Assembly (NCBI GenBank): GCA_934098345.1
Contig: CAKONX010000001.1
Span: 9,510-73,509 of the forward strand
Direction: 5' to 3'
DNA length: 64,000 nt
Source of the DNA: an uncultured Bacilli bacterium
GTDB lineage: Bacteria; Bacillota_I; Bacilli_A; RF39; UBA660
The position numbers and the translations under genes are program-made. The notes under the pieces are model-generated. The model ran no database searches and was not told the origin of the DNA. It saw only the letters and a program-made list of their open reading frames with translations. Of the stretch, positions 31,007-41,369 are shown piece by piece; position 1 is the first letter of the stretch; the number at the start of each line of letters is the position of its first letter.

Positions 31007-32134
31007 GTGAATAGAATGAAAATGGAATCTCAAATACAATTAATAAATATGGATGAAATAATACCAAATAGATTTCAACCAAGACTTGTGTTTTCTGAAG
31101 AAGGTTTAGATGAATTAGCTCAATCAATAAAGGAACATGGAATTATCCAACCTTTAGTATTAAGAAGAGTAGGTAATAAGTTTGAAATAATTGCTGGTGA
31201 AAGAAGATTTAAAGCTGCTGAACTTGCTGGACTTACAGCTGTTCCTGCTATTATAACTGATTTAGATGACAATGAATCAGCCGAAGTTGCTATTATTGAA
31301 AATACGCATAGAAGAAACTTATCAGCAATAGAAGAAGCAAAATCATATAAAAAACTTTTAGATCGTAAATATGTAACCCAAGATCAATTAGCAAAAAGAC
31401 TTGGAACTAGCCAATCTACACTTGCTAATAAAATAAGATTATTAAGTCTTGATCCTCAAGTCCAAGATGCCTTAATGAAAGAAAAAATAAGTGAAAGACA
31501 TGCAAGAAGCTTACTTAAAGTAACAGATAAATTAAAACAAGTAGAATTATTAAATAGAATCATTAATGAAAGATGGACTGTTAAAAGACTTGATGATGAA
31601 ATTCAAGAAATACTATTGAGTTACCAAAAAAATTCCAACGTAACTGGTGGAATAAACGCTAATAGCCAAATAGATGTTAATGTTAATAATATAATAAATA
31701 ATTCTAATGATATTGAACCAGTTAAGGAAGAAGAAGCCAATTATTCATATACAAATGATTTTTCTAATAAAAATAATGTTAAAAAGTCATTATTTTTCAA
31801 CAGCTTAGAAAATGAAACCGTAAATATGAATCCTGATCCATCAATGATAATAAATCCATTTAGAAATGAATCACTAACAAATCCATTACTTGAAGATTTA
31901 GATGTAATTGATATTGACGAAGAAGAGGAGCAACCTGAAGAAGTTAAGAAGGAAGAAACACCAACTGTTACTTATCATGAACCAGTTGTTGATACAAGTG
32001 AAGAAATAGAAAGTGAATTAAAGAAAATAATTGGACTTGCGAATAAAAGGAAACAAAAAGTAAAATTTGAAGAATTTGACTTTGGCGATATATATCAAAT
32101 AGTTATTAAAGTGGACAAAAACGACAAGCAATAG
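31007..32134 (+). CDS. parB: ParB/Spo0J/Noc-family CTPase with long acidic C-terminal extension; no adjacent ParA
   Basis: ParB box II GERRFKAAELAG, HTH (QDQLAKRLGTSQSTLANKIRLL); 375 aa with 150-aa low-complexity acidic tail. Confidence 0.8.
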   Translation: MNRMKMESQIQLINMDEIIPNRFQPRLVFSEEGLDELAQSIKEHGIIQPLVLRRVGNKFEIIAGERRFKAAELAGLTAVPAIITDLDDNESAEVAIIENTHRRNLSAIEEAKSYKKLLDRKYVTQDQLAKRLGTSQSTLANKIRLLSLDPQVQDALMKEKISERHARSLLKVTDKLKQVELLNRIINERWTVKRLDDEIQEILLSYQKNSNVTGGINANSQIDVNVNNIINNSNDIEPVKEEEANYSYTNDFSNKNNVKKSLFFNSLENETVNMNPDPSMIINPFRNESLTNPLLEDLDVIDIDEEEEQPEEVKKEETPTVTYHEPVVDTSEEIESELKKIIGLANKRKQKVKFEEFDFGDIYQIVIKVDKNDKQ

Positions 32135-32146
32135 TTGTCGTTTTTT
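32116..32146. terminator. bidirectional intrinsic terminator between parB and the PBP gene
   Basis: aaaaa-ACGACAA-gcaatag-TTGTCGT-ttttt. Confidence 0.5.
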
Positions 32147-34061
32147 AATTTATATAAGGACTCTGTGTTCCATCAATAAAATAAAATAGTTCTTTTGATT
32201 TAACATCGTATTTACCAGTTTTAGGATTCATTGGAATTGCTATTACATTATCAGGTTTGGTATACCATTCATCATCTATAATATCTTCAGTATAGGCATT
32301 AACAGAATTTAACCAAATATCTTTAATAGCTTTAGAATAACTCTTTGGTACATCCTTATTTTCATCATTACCAGCCCATATAATAGATAAAACATTTTTA
32401 TTATAACCACTTATCCAATAATCGTTATCAGTTGTACCACTTTTCAAAGCGTATTTTTGATTTAATTTACCATTTAAATATAAAACAGTCGGAGAATTAT
32501 AATCAACATAATTGTAATTATAAGTATTACGCATCATTTCATTTAAAATATATAAAGAATCATCATTTAAAACTTTTTCTTCTTGATTTTTATGAATATA
32601 TAAAACATTTCCACTAGCATCTTCAATTTTATTAATAAAGTATAGTTCTCTTTTAATACCACCACTTGCAAGAGTATTATAAGCATTTGCATAATCTAAC
32701 ATATTTATTTCACTAGCCCCAAGTGCAAGAGAAGGATTTGCTGCTAAACTTTCCTTTAATCCACATTTTTTTAAAGTATTAACTAGGCTGTTTTCTCCTA
32801 AAAATAAGTGAGTTTTAACAGCATATATATTATCTGAATAAGCAAGAGCTTGACTCATAGTGATATCTTTATTTGCATACTTATTTCCATAATTAGTTGG
32901 ATTATATATTTTATTTTCTTGAAATACAAAAGATGTTTTTTCGGATTTAAATGTACTTGCTTCAGTCATACCACTTTCTAATGCGGAATAATATAAAAAA
33001 GGTTTAATCGTAGAACCAACTTGTCTTTTTGATTTTAAAACACGGTTATATTGACTTTTAGAATAATCTTTACCACCTGATAAAGCAACAATTTTGCCAT
33101 TTCTTGGATCAACTACAATTCCAGATACTTGATTATCATCCTCTTTAGTTTTTTCTTTAATAGCTGTATCCATTGCTTTCTGAGTGTCCATATCTAAGTT
33201 TGTAAATATTCTTATTCCTCCAGAATTAATTATTGAATCAGGAATTGATTCTATTTTATTTAATTCATCCATAACAGCATCTTGATAATACATTAAAGTT
33301 GTTAAATTATTATTTTGTTTTTGACCATATAAATTTAAATTATCAAAATTTAAACTATCTGCATCTTCTTTAGATATAGTTTTATTGTTGATAAGTACCT
33401 CTTTTACAACATTTACTCTTTTCATACAAGCATCCATATTAGAAATAGGATTATAATTATTCGGACTTTTTGGAATACCTGCTAATATTATAGCTTCTTC
33501 CTTAGTTAAATTACTTGGATCTTTATTAAAATAATAACTAGCTGCACTTTTTATTCCATAAATACCTTGACCAAAATAAATCGTGTTTAAATAACCTTCT
33601 AATATTTCATCTTTAGAATAATGAGTTTCTAGTTTTACTGTTAAAAAAGCTTCTTCAATCTTTCTTTCCCAAGTTTGATCAAAAGTTAAATACAAGTTTT
33701 TAACATATTGTTGACTTATAGATGATGCACCTGCAAGAATTTTACCTGATTTAATATTTGTTACTAAAGTTTTAGCAATTCTAGCTATGTCAAAGCCTAA
33801 ATGATGATAAAAATGTTGATCTTCTACTGATACAATGTATTTTAAAAATTCTGGGTCTATTTCACTTAACGATACCCACTCACTTTTATTACTACCTTGA
33901 TATACTAAATTATCTTTATTATCATATAAATAATAAGAATTTGCTGAATTAAGCGTCATAGCAGGCATAAAATATGAATAAACATATATTCCAATAATGA
34001 CAACAATGATACTGATGAAAAGAAAAATACCAATTTTAAATAAGTTTTTTAATTGTTTCAT
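32145..34061 (-). CDS. class A penicillin-binding protein (glycosyltransferase + transpeptidase)
   Basis: N-terminal TM; GT51 motifs (GASSISQQYVKNLY, KDEILEGYLNTIYFGQG); transpeptidase SxxK (STIKP), SDN, KSGT. Confidence 0.85.
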   Translation of the reverse strand: MKQLKNLFKIGIFLFISIIVVIIGIYVYSYFMPAMTLNSANSYYLYDNKDNLVYQGSNKSEWVSLSEIDPEFLKYIVSVEDQHFYHHLGFDIARIAKTLVTNIKSGKILAGASSISQQYVKNLYLTFDQTWERKIEEAFLTVKLETHYSKDEILEGYLNTIYFGQGIYGIKSAASYYFNKDPSNLTKEEAIILAGIPKSPNNYNPISNMDACMKRVNVVKEVLINNKTISKEDADSLNFDNLNLYGQKQNNNLTTLMYYQDAVMDELNKIESIPDSIINSGGIRIFTNLDMDTQKAMDTAIKEKTKEDDNQVSGIVVDPRNGKIVALSGGKDYSKSQYNRVLKSKRQVGSTIKPFLYYSALESGMTEASTFKSEKTSFVFQENKIYNPTNYGNKYANKDITMSQALAYSDNIYAVKTHLFLGENSLVNTLKKCGLKESLAANPSLALGASEINMLDYANAYNTLASGGIKRELYFINKIEDASGNVLYIHKNQEEKVLNDDSLYILNEMMRNTYNYNYVDYNSPTVLYLNGKLNQKYALKSGTTDNDYWISGYNKNVLSIIWAGNDENKDVPKSYSKAIKDIWLNSVNAYTEDIIDDEWYTKPDNVIAIPMNPKTGKYDVKSKELFYFIDGTQSPYIN

Positions 34062-34134
34062 TTCATCACCTTTTATTATAATGAGACAAATTTAAAAAAT
34101 TATGATAAAATAACGCCAAGTGAGGAAATAATTT

Positions 34135-34470
34135 ATGGAAAAGCTTAAATTTACACTAAAAAGTGAAGATGAAACGATTATTAATCGTGAAGAATCATAT
34201 TATATAAAAGATAATGTTATAAAATTTAAAATAGATAGTATAATATTTGAATATGATATAGATAATGATAAACTTATCAAAAAAGATGAAAACATCTTAA
34301 TAATGGATTTTAAGAACAATAATTTTATAATAACTTTAAAAGAAAATAATTTAATTTTTGATATTCCTATCTTAGAAGTAATAATAAAAAAGAGCAAAAA
34401 TAATATAAATATTAGATATACAATAGAAGAAAATAAAATGGTTAATAAATGTATAAATATAGAATATTAA
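34135..34470 (+). CDS. hypothetical protein
   Basis: 111 aa ORF, coding-like composition only. Confidence 0.35.
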   Translation: MEKLKFTLKSEDETIINREESYYIKDNVIKFKIDSIIFEYDIDNDKLIKKDENILIMDFKNNNFIITLKENNLIFDIPILEVIIKKSKNNINIRYTIEENKMVNKCINIEY

Positions 34471-34582
34471 TTATTTATATTGACAAGCAATAATTATATG
34501 ATAAAATTATTATTGTTTTAAGTATTAATGACAAATTATTATGTTCTTGCATATAATGCAAATGAATATTAAGGAGGAAAAT

Positions 34583-35014
34583 ATGAAAACAATAAAAATA
34601 AGTGATGAAGAATTAGAAACAATGTCTCATACAGATGTTGCTTATGTAATATTAAAAGAAAATGGAAGTAAGATGACTATTCAAGAATTGTTTAAAACAG
34701 TTATTGATGTAATGCATTTACCAGAATCATACTTTGAAAGTAAAATAGCTGATTTTTTCCAATTACTTGCTACAGATAAAAGATTTATAATGTTAGAAAA
34801 AGGTTTCTGGGATTTATCAGATAATCATACTAAAAAAGTAGTAATTGATTCAGATGATGATGAAGAAATTGTAGTTGATGAAGAAGTTTTAGATGAAGAA
34901 GAATCTGAAGATGGAGTTAACTATGATGAAACAGTTGTTGATGATGACGATGAAGAAGATGATTTAAAAGATTTAGTTATAATTGATGATGCCGAAGAAA
35001 CAGATTCAATGTAA
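34583..35014 (+). CDS. rpoE: RNA polymerase delta subunit
   Basis: N-terminal HARE-HTH-like domain (MSHTDVAYVIL...FFQLLATDKRFI) followed by long D/E-rich tail; sigma-A-like promoter TTGACA-17-TAAAAT upstream; start at MKTIKI with GGAGG RBS. Confidence 0.7.
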   Translation: MKTIKISDEELETMSHTDVAYVILKENGSKMTIQELFKTVIDVMHLPESYFESKIADFFQLLATDKRFIMLEKGFWDLSDNHTKKVVIDSDDDEEIVVDEEVLDEEESEDGVNYDETVVDDDDEEDDLKDLVIIDDAEETDSM

Positions 35015-35025
35015 AAGGTGAAAAA

Positions 35026-36081
35026 ATGATTGAAAGATTAAATATTATTAAAGAAAGATATAAAGAAATAGAAGAAGAATTATCAAAACCAGAAGTTTTA
35101 AATGATTATTCAAAAATGAAAAGTCTTTCTAAAGAAAAAAGTGATTTGGAAACAATAGTTAATAAATATCAAGAATATCAAGATGTAAATAATTCCATTA
35201 AAGAAGCTAAATCATTAATTAATGATCCGGATTTAGGAGATTTAGCTCAAATGGAATTAGAAGAAAATACTGAAAAATTAACTAACTTAGAACATGAATT
35301 AGAACTTTTATTAATTCCAAAAGATGAAAATGATGGAAAAAATATTATTATGGAAATTCGTGGAGCAGCTGGTGGAGATGAAGCTAATATCTTTGCTGGA
35401 GATTTATTTAGAATGTATTCTAGGTATGCTGAAAAACAAGGGTGGAAAACTGAAGTAACTAATGCCGTTGAAGGAACTGCAGGAGGATATTCTCAAATTG
35501 AATTCATGATAAAAGGAGAAAATGTTTATTCAAAATTAAAATTTGAAAGTGGATCTCACCGTGTACAAAGAGTACCAGAAACAGAATCCCAAGGAAGAAT
35601 TCAAACATCCACAGCAACTGTAGCAGTAATGCCAGAAGCAGAAGAATTCGACTATGAATTAGATATGAATGAAATAAGAGTAGATATTACACGTTCAAGT
35701 GGTTGTGGTGGACAAGGAGTTAACACAACTGACTCAGCTGTAAGACTTACACATATTCCAACTGGAATAATCGTTTATAGTCAAACAGAACGAAGCCAAA
35801 TAAGAAATAAAGAAAAAGCTATTCAAATAATGAAAACACGTTTATATGACTTAAAATTACGTGAAAAAGAAGAAGCTGAAGGACAAGATAGAAGAAACAA
35901 AATTGGTACTGGAGATCGTTCAGAAAAAATAAGAACATATAACTATCCACAAAACAGAGTAACTGACCATCGTATAGGTTTCTCAGTAATGAACTTAGAT
36001 CGTGTAATGGATGGAGATCTTGATCCAATAATTGATGCATTAATAACTGAAGATCAAAGAAGAAAACTAGAAAATCAATAA
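35026..36081 (+). CDS. prfA: peptide chain release factor 1
   Basis: GGQ motif (SSGCGGQGVNTT), P-x-T tripeptide region (QRVPETESQGRIQTS), followed by prmC. Confidence 0.9.
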   Translation: MIERLNIIKERYKEIEEELSKPEVLNDYSKMKSLSKEKSDLETIVNKYQEYQDVNNSIKEAKSLINDPDLGDLAQMELEENTEKLTNLEHELELLLIPKDENDGKNIIMEIRGAAGGDEANIFAGDLFRMYSRYAEKQGWKTEVTNAVEGTAGGYSQIEFMIKGENVYSKLKFESGSHRVQRVPETESQGRIQTSTATVAVMPEAEEFDYELDMNEIRVDITRSSGCGGQGVNTTDSAVRLTHIPTGIIVYSQTERSQIRNKEKAIQIMKTRLYDLKLREKEEAEGQDRRNKIGTGDRSEKIRTYNYPQNRVTDHRIGFSVMNLDRVMDGDLDPIIDALITEDQRRKLENQ

Positions 36082-36112
36082 AAAATATTATTAAAGTATA
36101 CAGGGGGGAAGT

Positions 36113-36679
36113 ATGAAAAAGACAAATAGAAACAATATTAATGTAGATATAGAAGAAAATAATTATTCTATATATAGAAATTTATTAGATGAATATTCAG
36201 ATTTAAAAGAAAATAAACATAGTAAATTTAATTTAGAAAGAAATGTTTATAAAGTTACATTTGCTGGTTTTATTATAACTGTACTTGCTATTTTAAATGT
36301 ATTTGTACCATTAAGTATTCCAACATCTTTATTTTTTGTTGCAATAGGCGCTATGTTTGTAGATGCAATAATTAAAATTGCAACTAATGAAATACGTGTA
36401 AAAGAAGAATTAGGTAAAAGACATCCTAATTTAGTAACAGATGTAGATTATTTGGAATTAACAAAAAAAGTACATCAATATGAGTGGTCTAAACAAATAA
36501 GAAGAACAAAAGAAGATATAGTTTCTAGAATGGATGAAAAAACTCGTGCTAAATATGAAAATTTAGTTGAAAAATATGCAACTGAAATAGAGCAAAAGTA
36601 TTTTTCTGAAGAAAAAGAGTCTGAATTAAAACCTAAAAAATTAGAACTAGTTCATAAGGATACAAATGAAAATAAGTAG
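36113..36679 (+). CDS. hypothetical membrane protein
   Basis: 188 aa, two TM helices, inserted between prfA and prmC, overlaps prmC start. Confidence 0.4.
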   Translation: MKKTNRNNINVDIEENNYSIYRNLLDEYSDLKENKHSKFNLERNVYKVTFAGFIITVLAILNVFVPLSIPTSLFFVAIGAMFVDAIIKIATNEIRVKEELGKRHPNLVTDVDYLELTKKVHQYEWSKQIRRTKEDIVSRMDEKTRAKYENLVEKYATEIEQKYFSEEKESELKPKKLELVHKDTNENK

Positions 36680-37466
36680 TTTTATAAATAAATACAAATT
36701 AGAAATAGATGAACATTTGGTGAAATTACTAGTTTCATCTTTTTTTGATGATAATATAAATTATGATTATGAATTAACTAAAGAAGAATTAGAAAAACTA
36801 GAATCAGAAATAAAAAGAGTAATAGATGGAGAACCAATACAATATGTCATTGGTAATGTTGACTTCTATGGAAATATTATAAATGTAGATAAAAATGTTT
36901 TAATACCTAGATTTGAAACTGAAACTTTAGTTGAAAAAACATATAACTATATAAAAAAATATTTTAAAGGAAACATAGATATTTTAGATTTATGTACTGG
37001 ATCTGGTTGCATTGCAATAACTTTAAAGAAGTTAACAAATGGAAGTGTAGATGCTTCAGATATATCTTCTTCTGCTTTAAGTGTTGCCATTACTAATGCT
37101 AAAAATAACAATGTTGAAATTAATTTTATTGAAAGTAACATTTTAGATAATATTGATAAACAATATGATGTTATTATTTCTAATCCACCATATATTGCTT
37201 TTGATGAAAAAATTATGGATATAGTAAAAGATAATGAACCAAATATTGCATTATACGCGCCAGACAATGGTTTATTCTTTTATAAAGAAATAATAAAAAA
37301 TTGTAAAAAGAATTTAAAAGATAAAAATATAATTGCTTTTGAAATAGGTTATACTCAAGGAAATATTTTAAAAGAATATGCTAAAAAGTATTTTAAAGAT
37401 GCCAAAATACTAGTTGAAAAAGACTTATCCGGAAAAGATAGATATTTATTTATAATAAATGAATAA
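36666..37466 (+). CDS. prmC: release factor glutamine methyltransferase PrmC/HemK
   Basis: NPPY (VIISNPPYIAFDE), SAM motif DLCTGSGCIA. Confidence 0.85.
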   Translation: MKISSFINKYKLEIDEHLVKLLVSSFFDDNINYDYELTKEELEKLESEIKRVIDGEPIQYVIGNVDFYGNIINVDKNVLIPRFETETLVEKTYNYIKKYFKGNIDILDLCTGSGCIAITLKKLTNGSVDASDISSSALSVAITNAKNNNVEINFIESNILDNIDKQYDVIISNPPYIAFDEKIMDIVKDNEPNIALYAPDNGLFFYKEIIKNCKKNLKDKNIIAFEIGYTQGNILKEYAKKYFKDAKILVEKDLSGKDRYLFIINE

Positions 37467-37508
37467 AACTTAAAAATTTACCTCATATATGTAATAGAGG
37501 TGAACAAA

Positions 37509-38036
37509 ATGAAAAAAATTTTAGTAATAATGGCTTTAATAATGTTAGTTTTAATAAATAAAAATAATAAAGATGAATTAATTATACCTGATGCATCTAT
37601 TAGATTTAGAGTAATTGCAAATAGCAACACTTATGAAGATATATTTGAAAAAAATAAAATAAGTAAATATTTAGATAAAAAAGTATTTGAATTTATAAAA
37701 GATAGCAATACATCTGAAGAAGCAAAAGAAGAATTGTTAAATAATAAATCTAATATTTCCTTGATAATCGATAAATATTTATTAGAAAATAAGATAAATA
37801 TGAATTATGAACTGAATATAGGAAAGAATTATTTTCCAACTAAATATTATAAAGGAATAAAATATGATGCTGGATATTATGATTCGGTGGTATTAAAATT
37901 AGGTGAGTCAAGGGGAATGAACTGGTGGTGTGTAATATATCCTCCTTTATGTTTAATAGATGATACAGATAAAGATGAAGTTGAATATACTACTTTAGTA
38001 AAAGAAGTAATGAATAAATATCAAAAATCACTATAA
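37509..38036 (+). CDS. spoIIR: stage II sporulation protein R homolog
   Basis: signal/TM N-terminus; IRFRVIANSNT (cf. IRLHVIANSDS) and GMNWWCVIYPPLC (cf. NWWCV.FPPLC) SpoIIR signatures; ATG start with AGAGG RBS (ORF track starts at GTG 9 nt upstream). Confidence 0.7.
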   Translation: MKKILVIMALIMLVLINKNNKDELIIPDASIRFRVIANSNTYEDIFEKNKISKYLDKKVFEFIKDSNTSEEAKEELLNNKSNISLIIDKYLLENKINMNYELNIGKNYFPTKYYKGIKYDAGYYDSVVLKLGESRGMNWWCVIYPPLCLIDDTDKDEVEYTTLVKEVMNKYQKSL

Positions 38037-38118
38037 TGTGATTTTTTTCGTGTCATATAAACCTTGAATAATAAATACATTAATAATATAATTATATTAA
38101 CAAATGGACGGTGAATAG

Positions 38119-39372
38119 ATGAAGAAACTTGTTATTGAAGGTGGTCGTAAAATAAGTGGTACAATAAAAATAAGTGGAGCAAAAAACTCTGTAGTTGCAC
38201 TTATTCCAGCAAGCATTTTAACAAATGGTAAATGTGTTATTACAAATGTTCCTGATATATCAGATGTTAGAATATTAATCGAAATGATGCAAGAACTAGG
38301 TTCTATTATAACTTTTGAAAATGATACTATTACAATTGATAATAAAAATGTTAAAAACAAAAAAATAACTGAAGAATATGCTAGTAAATTAAGAGCGTCT
38401 TACTACTTTATGGGTTCTTTAGTTGGAAAATATCACAATGCTGAAATTGCTTATCCAGGCGGATGCGTAATTGGATCAAGACCTATTGATTATCATATAA
38501 AATCCTTTAAAAAAATGGGAATAGATATTGAGTCAGATGGTGATGAATTTAAAATGAAAACTGATCACCTAAAAGGAGAATACTTTTATTTAGATTTTCC
38601 ATCAGTTGGAGCAACGATTAATATAATGTTGGCATCAACTCTTGCAGATGGAAAAACAATTATTGAAAATGCAGCCAAAGAACCAGAAATTGCTAATGTT
38701 GCATCTTTCTTAAATTCCATGGGAGCAAGTATTTTTGGAGCTGGAACTTCTAGAATAGAAATAAATGGAGTTAAAAATTTAGGTGACGGATTTGTAGAAG
38801 TAATACCAGATCGAATTGAAGCTGGAACATATATGTTAATAGGTGCATTAATAGGGGAGAACTTAGTTTTAGAAAATATTGTAGAAAATCATTTAGAAGC
38901 ACTTTTAGATAAGCTTCATGAAAGTGGAGTTAACTATGAAATAAAAGATAATAAAATGTGTATTTCTGCATCTTCTCACTTAAAAGCTGTAAATGTAAAA
39001 ACCACAGTTTACCCAGGTTTTCCAACAGATCTAGGTCAACCAATGTCAACTTTTTTAACTCAATGTGAAGGAGAATCTTTATTTGAAGAAACTATATATG
39101 AAAATAGATTAAGACATATTCCACATTTAAACTCCATGGGAGCAAAAATTCAAGCTTTTGATAAAAAAGCAATTATAATTGGCCCAACTCCTTTAAAAGG
39201 AAAAAAAGTAAAAGCAACTGATCTTCGAGCTGGAGCAAGTATGTTAGTAGCTGGTTTAATAGCAGAAGGGACAACTGAAATACAAAATATAGAACACTTG
39301 CTTAGAGGGTATGAAAGAATCGTTGAAAAACTATCAAGTGTAGGCGTAAATATTAAATTAGTAGATGAATAA
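38119..39372 (+). CDS. murA: UDP-N-acetylglucosamine 1-carboxyvinyltransferase
   Basis: 417 aa EPSP-synthase fold, GAKNSVV and active-site region. Confidence 0.9.
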   Translation: MKKLVIEGGRKISGTIKISGAKNSVVALIPASILTNGKCVITNVPDISDVRILIEMMQELGSIITFENDTITIDNKNVKNKKITEEYASKLRASYYFMGSLVGKYHNAEIAYPGGCVIGSRPIDYHIKSFKKMGIDIESDGDEFKMKTDHLKGEYFYLDFPSVGATINIMLASTLADGKTIIENAAKEPEIANVASFLNSMGASIFGAGTSRIEINGVKNLGDGFVEVIPDRIEAGTYMLIGALIGENLVLENIVENHLEALLDKLHESGVNYEIKDNKMCISASSHLKAVNVKTTVYPGFPTDLGQPMSTFLTQCEGESLFEETIYENRLRHIPHLNSMGAKIQAFDKKAIIIGPTPLKGKKVKATDLRAGASMLVAGLIAEGTTEIQNIEHLLRGYERIVEKLSSVGVNIKLVDE

Positions 39373-39466
39373 TTATAAAAATAGTTGAAAAAATACTAAT
39401 TTATGATATACTATCAATTAGTGAATTTCTATAACTAAATTTAGTTATGGCGGAAGGAGGATTTAA

Positions 39467-39673
39467 ATGAAAGCAAATTTACATCCAAAACAAGTTAAAT
39501 GTACTTTTAAATGTGCATGTGGAGCTACATTTGAAGCAATGAGTAACAAAGAAGAACAATTACTAGAAGTATGTTCTGAATGTCATCCATTCTATACAGG
39601 AGCTCAAGGAAAACGTAAAAAAACTGGTAAAATTGAACAATTCAACAAAAAATACAATATTAATAAAGATTAA
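39467..39673 (+). CDS. rpmE: 50S ribosomal protein L31 (zinc-ribbon C+ form)
   Basis: MKANLHPK start, CACG...CSECHPFYTG zinc ribbon. Confidence 0.9.
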   Translation: MKANLHPKQVKCTFKCACGATFEAMSNKEEQLLEVCSECHPFYTGAQGKRKKTGKIEQFNKKYNINKD

Positions 39674-39685
39674 TTGTAAAGAATT

Positions 39686-39712
39686 AGACACTTATGTGTC
39701 TATTTTTTTTTT
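39686..39712 (+). terminator. intrinsic terminator after rpmE
   Basis: TAGACAC-ttat-GTGTCTA + T10. Confidence 0.55.
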
Positions 39713-39741
39713 GTATGGTAAAATATATATAGGTGATTAAA

Positions 39742-40737
39742 TTGAGTAAAGCAACTTATTTAATAAAAAGAATTAAAAATATGAATTTTGGAAATATGTT
39801 TAAAACAATAGACATGGTTCATGAAAAAAATCACAAATTTAAACCATTTATCTTTTGTGATGTTGTTTGGTGTGGTTTAAAATACCAAGCAGGTTATGTT
39901 GATTACTACCAATTTGAAATGTATAAAATGAATGGTAAGGAAAGAAAAACAGTTATTACTAGAGGAATTAACAATGCAATTTGTAAAAAATATAATGATC
40001 CATCATCAATTTATAAATTTGAAGACAAATGTGTTTTTAATGAAATATTTAATGAATATTTAAATCGTGACTGGTTAAAATTAACGATAGATAATTTAGA
40101 TGAATTTAAAAGTTTTATTAGAAAACACTCAACAATTATAGTTAAACCAGTTGGCTTATCTTGTGGAAAAGGTGTTGAAAAAATTGATACAACTAAATTT
40201 AGTGCTGAAGAATTATATAATAAGTTACTTGAAAACAATCAAATATTAGTAGAAGAAGTAGCTAAACAAAATAAAGTATTGAATGATTTATATCCTTTAA
40301 GTGTTAATACTTTAAGAGTTGTAACTTTAAATAAAAAAGTTGTTACTGCATATTTAAGAATAGGAAATTCAGGTAACGTTGTAGATAACTTTAATCATGG
40401 AGGAATGGTAACAGCAGTTGATGTTGAAACTGGAATTATTAACTATAAAGCAATAGATAAAGATACAAATGTTTATGAGGTTCACCCCTTTACAAATAAA
40501 CCTATAGTGGGTGTAAAAATACCTATGTGGGATAGTGTAAAAAAATTATGTATAGATGCTTGTGAAAAAGTACCAGAAGTTGGTTATATAGCATGGGATG
40601 TATGTCTAGGAGAGAATAAACCTTGTTTAATAGAAGGAAATGATTTCCCAGGTCATGATTTATATCAACTACCTGTTCATAGAACTGGAAATATTGGACT
40701 TTTACCAGTATTTAAAAAAGCAATGGAGGAAGAATAA
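39742..40737 (+). CDS. ATP-grasp domain protein (sugar-transfer-associated ATP-grasp-like)
   Basis: IIVKPVGLSCGKGVEKID, LNDLYPLSVNTLRVVTL..., YLRIGNSGNVVDNFNHGG pattern of PF14397-type ATP-grasp; start uncertain (TTG 39742 after AGGTGA, or ATG 39781). Confidence 0.45.
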   Translation: MSKATYLIKRIKNMNFGNMFKTIDMVHEKNHKFKPFIFCDVVWCGLKYQAGYVDYYQFEMYKMNGKERKTVITRGINNAICKKYNDPSSIYKFEDKCVFNEIFNEYLNRDWLKLTIDNLDEFKSFIRKHSTIIVKPVGLSCGKGVEKIDTTKFSAEELYNKLLENNQILVEEVAKQNKVLNDLYPLSVNTLRVVTLNKKVVTAYLRIGNSGNVVDNFNHGGMVTAVDVETGIINYKAIDKDTNVYEVHPFTNKPIVGVKIPMWDSVKKLCIDACEKVPEVGYIAWDVCLGENKPCLIEGNDFPGHDLYQLPVHRTGNIGLLPVFKKAMEEE

Positions 40738-41177
40738 TGAAAATAGGAATAGCAACAGATCACAATGGAGTAAATGAAAAGAAAATAATAATTGATCATC
40801 TAAGAAGTTTTGGAATAGAAGTAATAGATTATAGCCCAGAAAACTATGATACAGATGATTACCCAGTATTTGCATTTAAAGTAGCTAATGCTGTGAAAAA
40901 TCGTGAAGTTGATGAAGGTATACTTTTATGTGGAACCGGAATAGGTATGAGTATAGCTGCCAATAAAATACATGGAATTAGATGTGCTCGTATATGTTCG
41001 GTGAATGATGCCCATTTAGCAAAATTTCATAATAATGCCAATATAATCGCGATGAGTTATAAAGAACCTATGTCAAATATCTTAGATATGGTTGATGAAT
41101 TTATTAAAACTGAATTTGCAGCTGAAGAAAGACACGTTAGAAGAATAAAAATGATTGAGGAAATAGATCATGACTAA
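40737..41177 (+). CDS. rpiB: ribose-5-phosphate isomerase B (RpiB/LacAB family)
   Basis: MKIGIATDHNG..., LLCGTGIGMSIAANK, active-site Cys region. Confidence 0.85.
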   Translation: MKIGIATDHNGVNEKKIIIDHLRSFGIEVIDYSPENYDTDDYPVFAFKVANAVKNREVDEGILLCGTGIGMSIAANKIHGIRCARICSVNDAHLAKFHNNANIIAMSYKEPMSNILDMVDEFIKTEFAAEERHVRRIKMIEEIDHD

Positions 41178-41361
41178 ACTAATTATTTATGCTATTTCCA
41201 TTTTAATGTGCACTTTTGCTGTATCAGGAATAAACTTTGATGGATTCATTAAAAAGAACCATATATGGGAAGCAAGATTCTTATCGATAATTTTTATTCT
41301 ATGTTTAAGTTATATTTTAGCAAATTTTTTATATGATATAATGAGTATATCAATAATATAG
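41170..41361 (+). CDS. small membrane protein
   Basis: 63 aa two-TM ORF overlapping rpiB stop; speculative. Confidence 0.25.
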   Translation: MTKLIIYAISILMCTFAVSGINFDGFIKKNHIWEARFLSIIFILCLSYILANFLYDIMSISII

Positions 41362-41369
41362 GAGGAATC

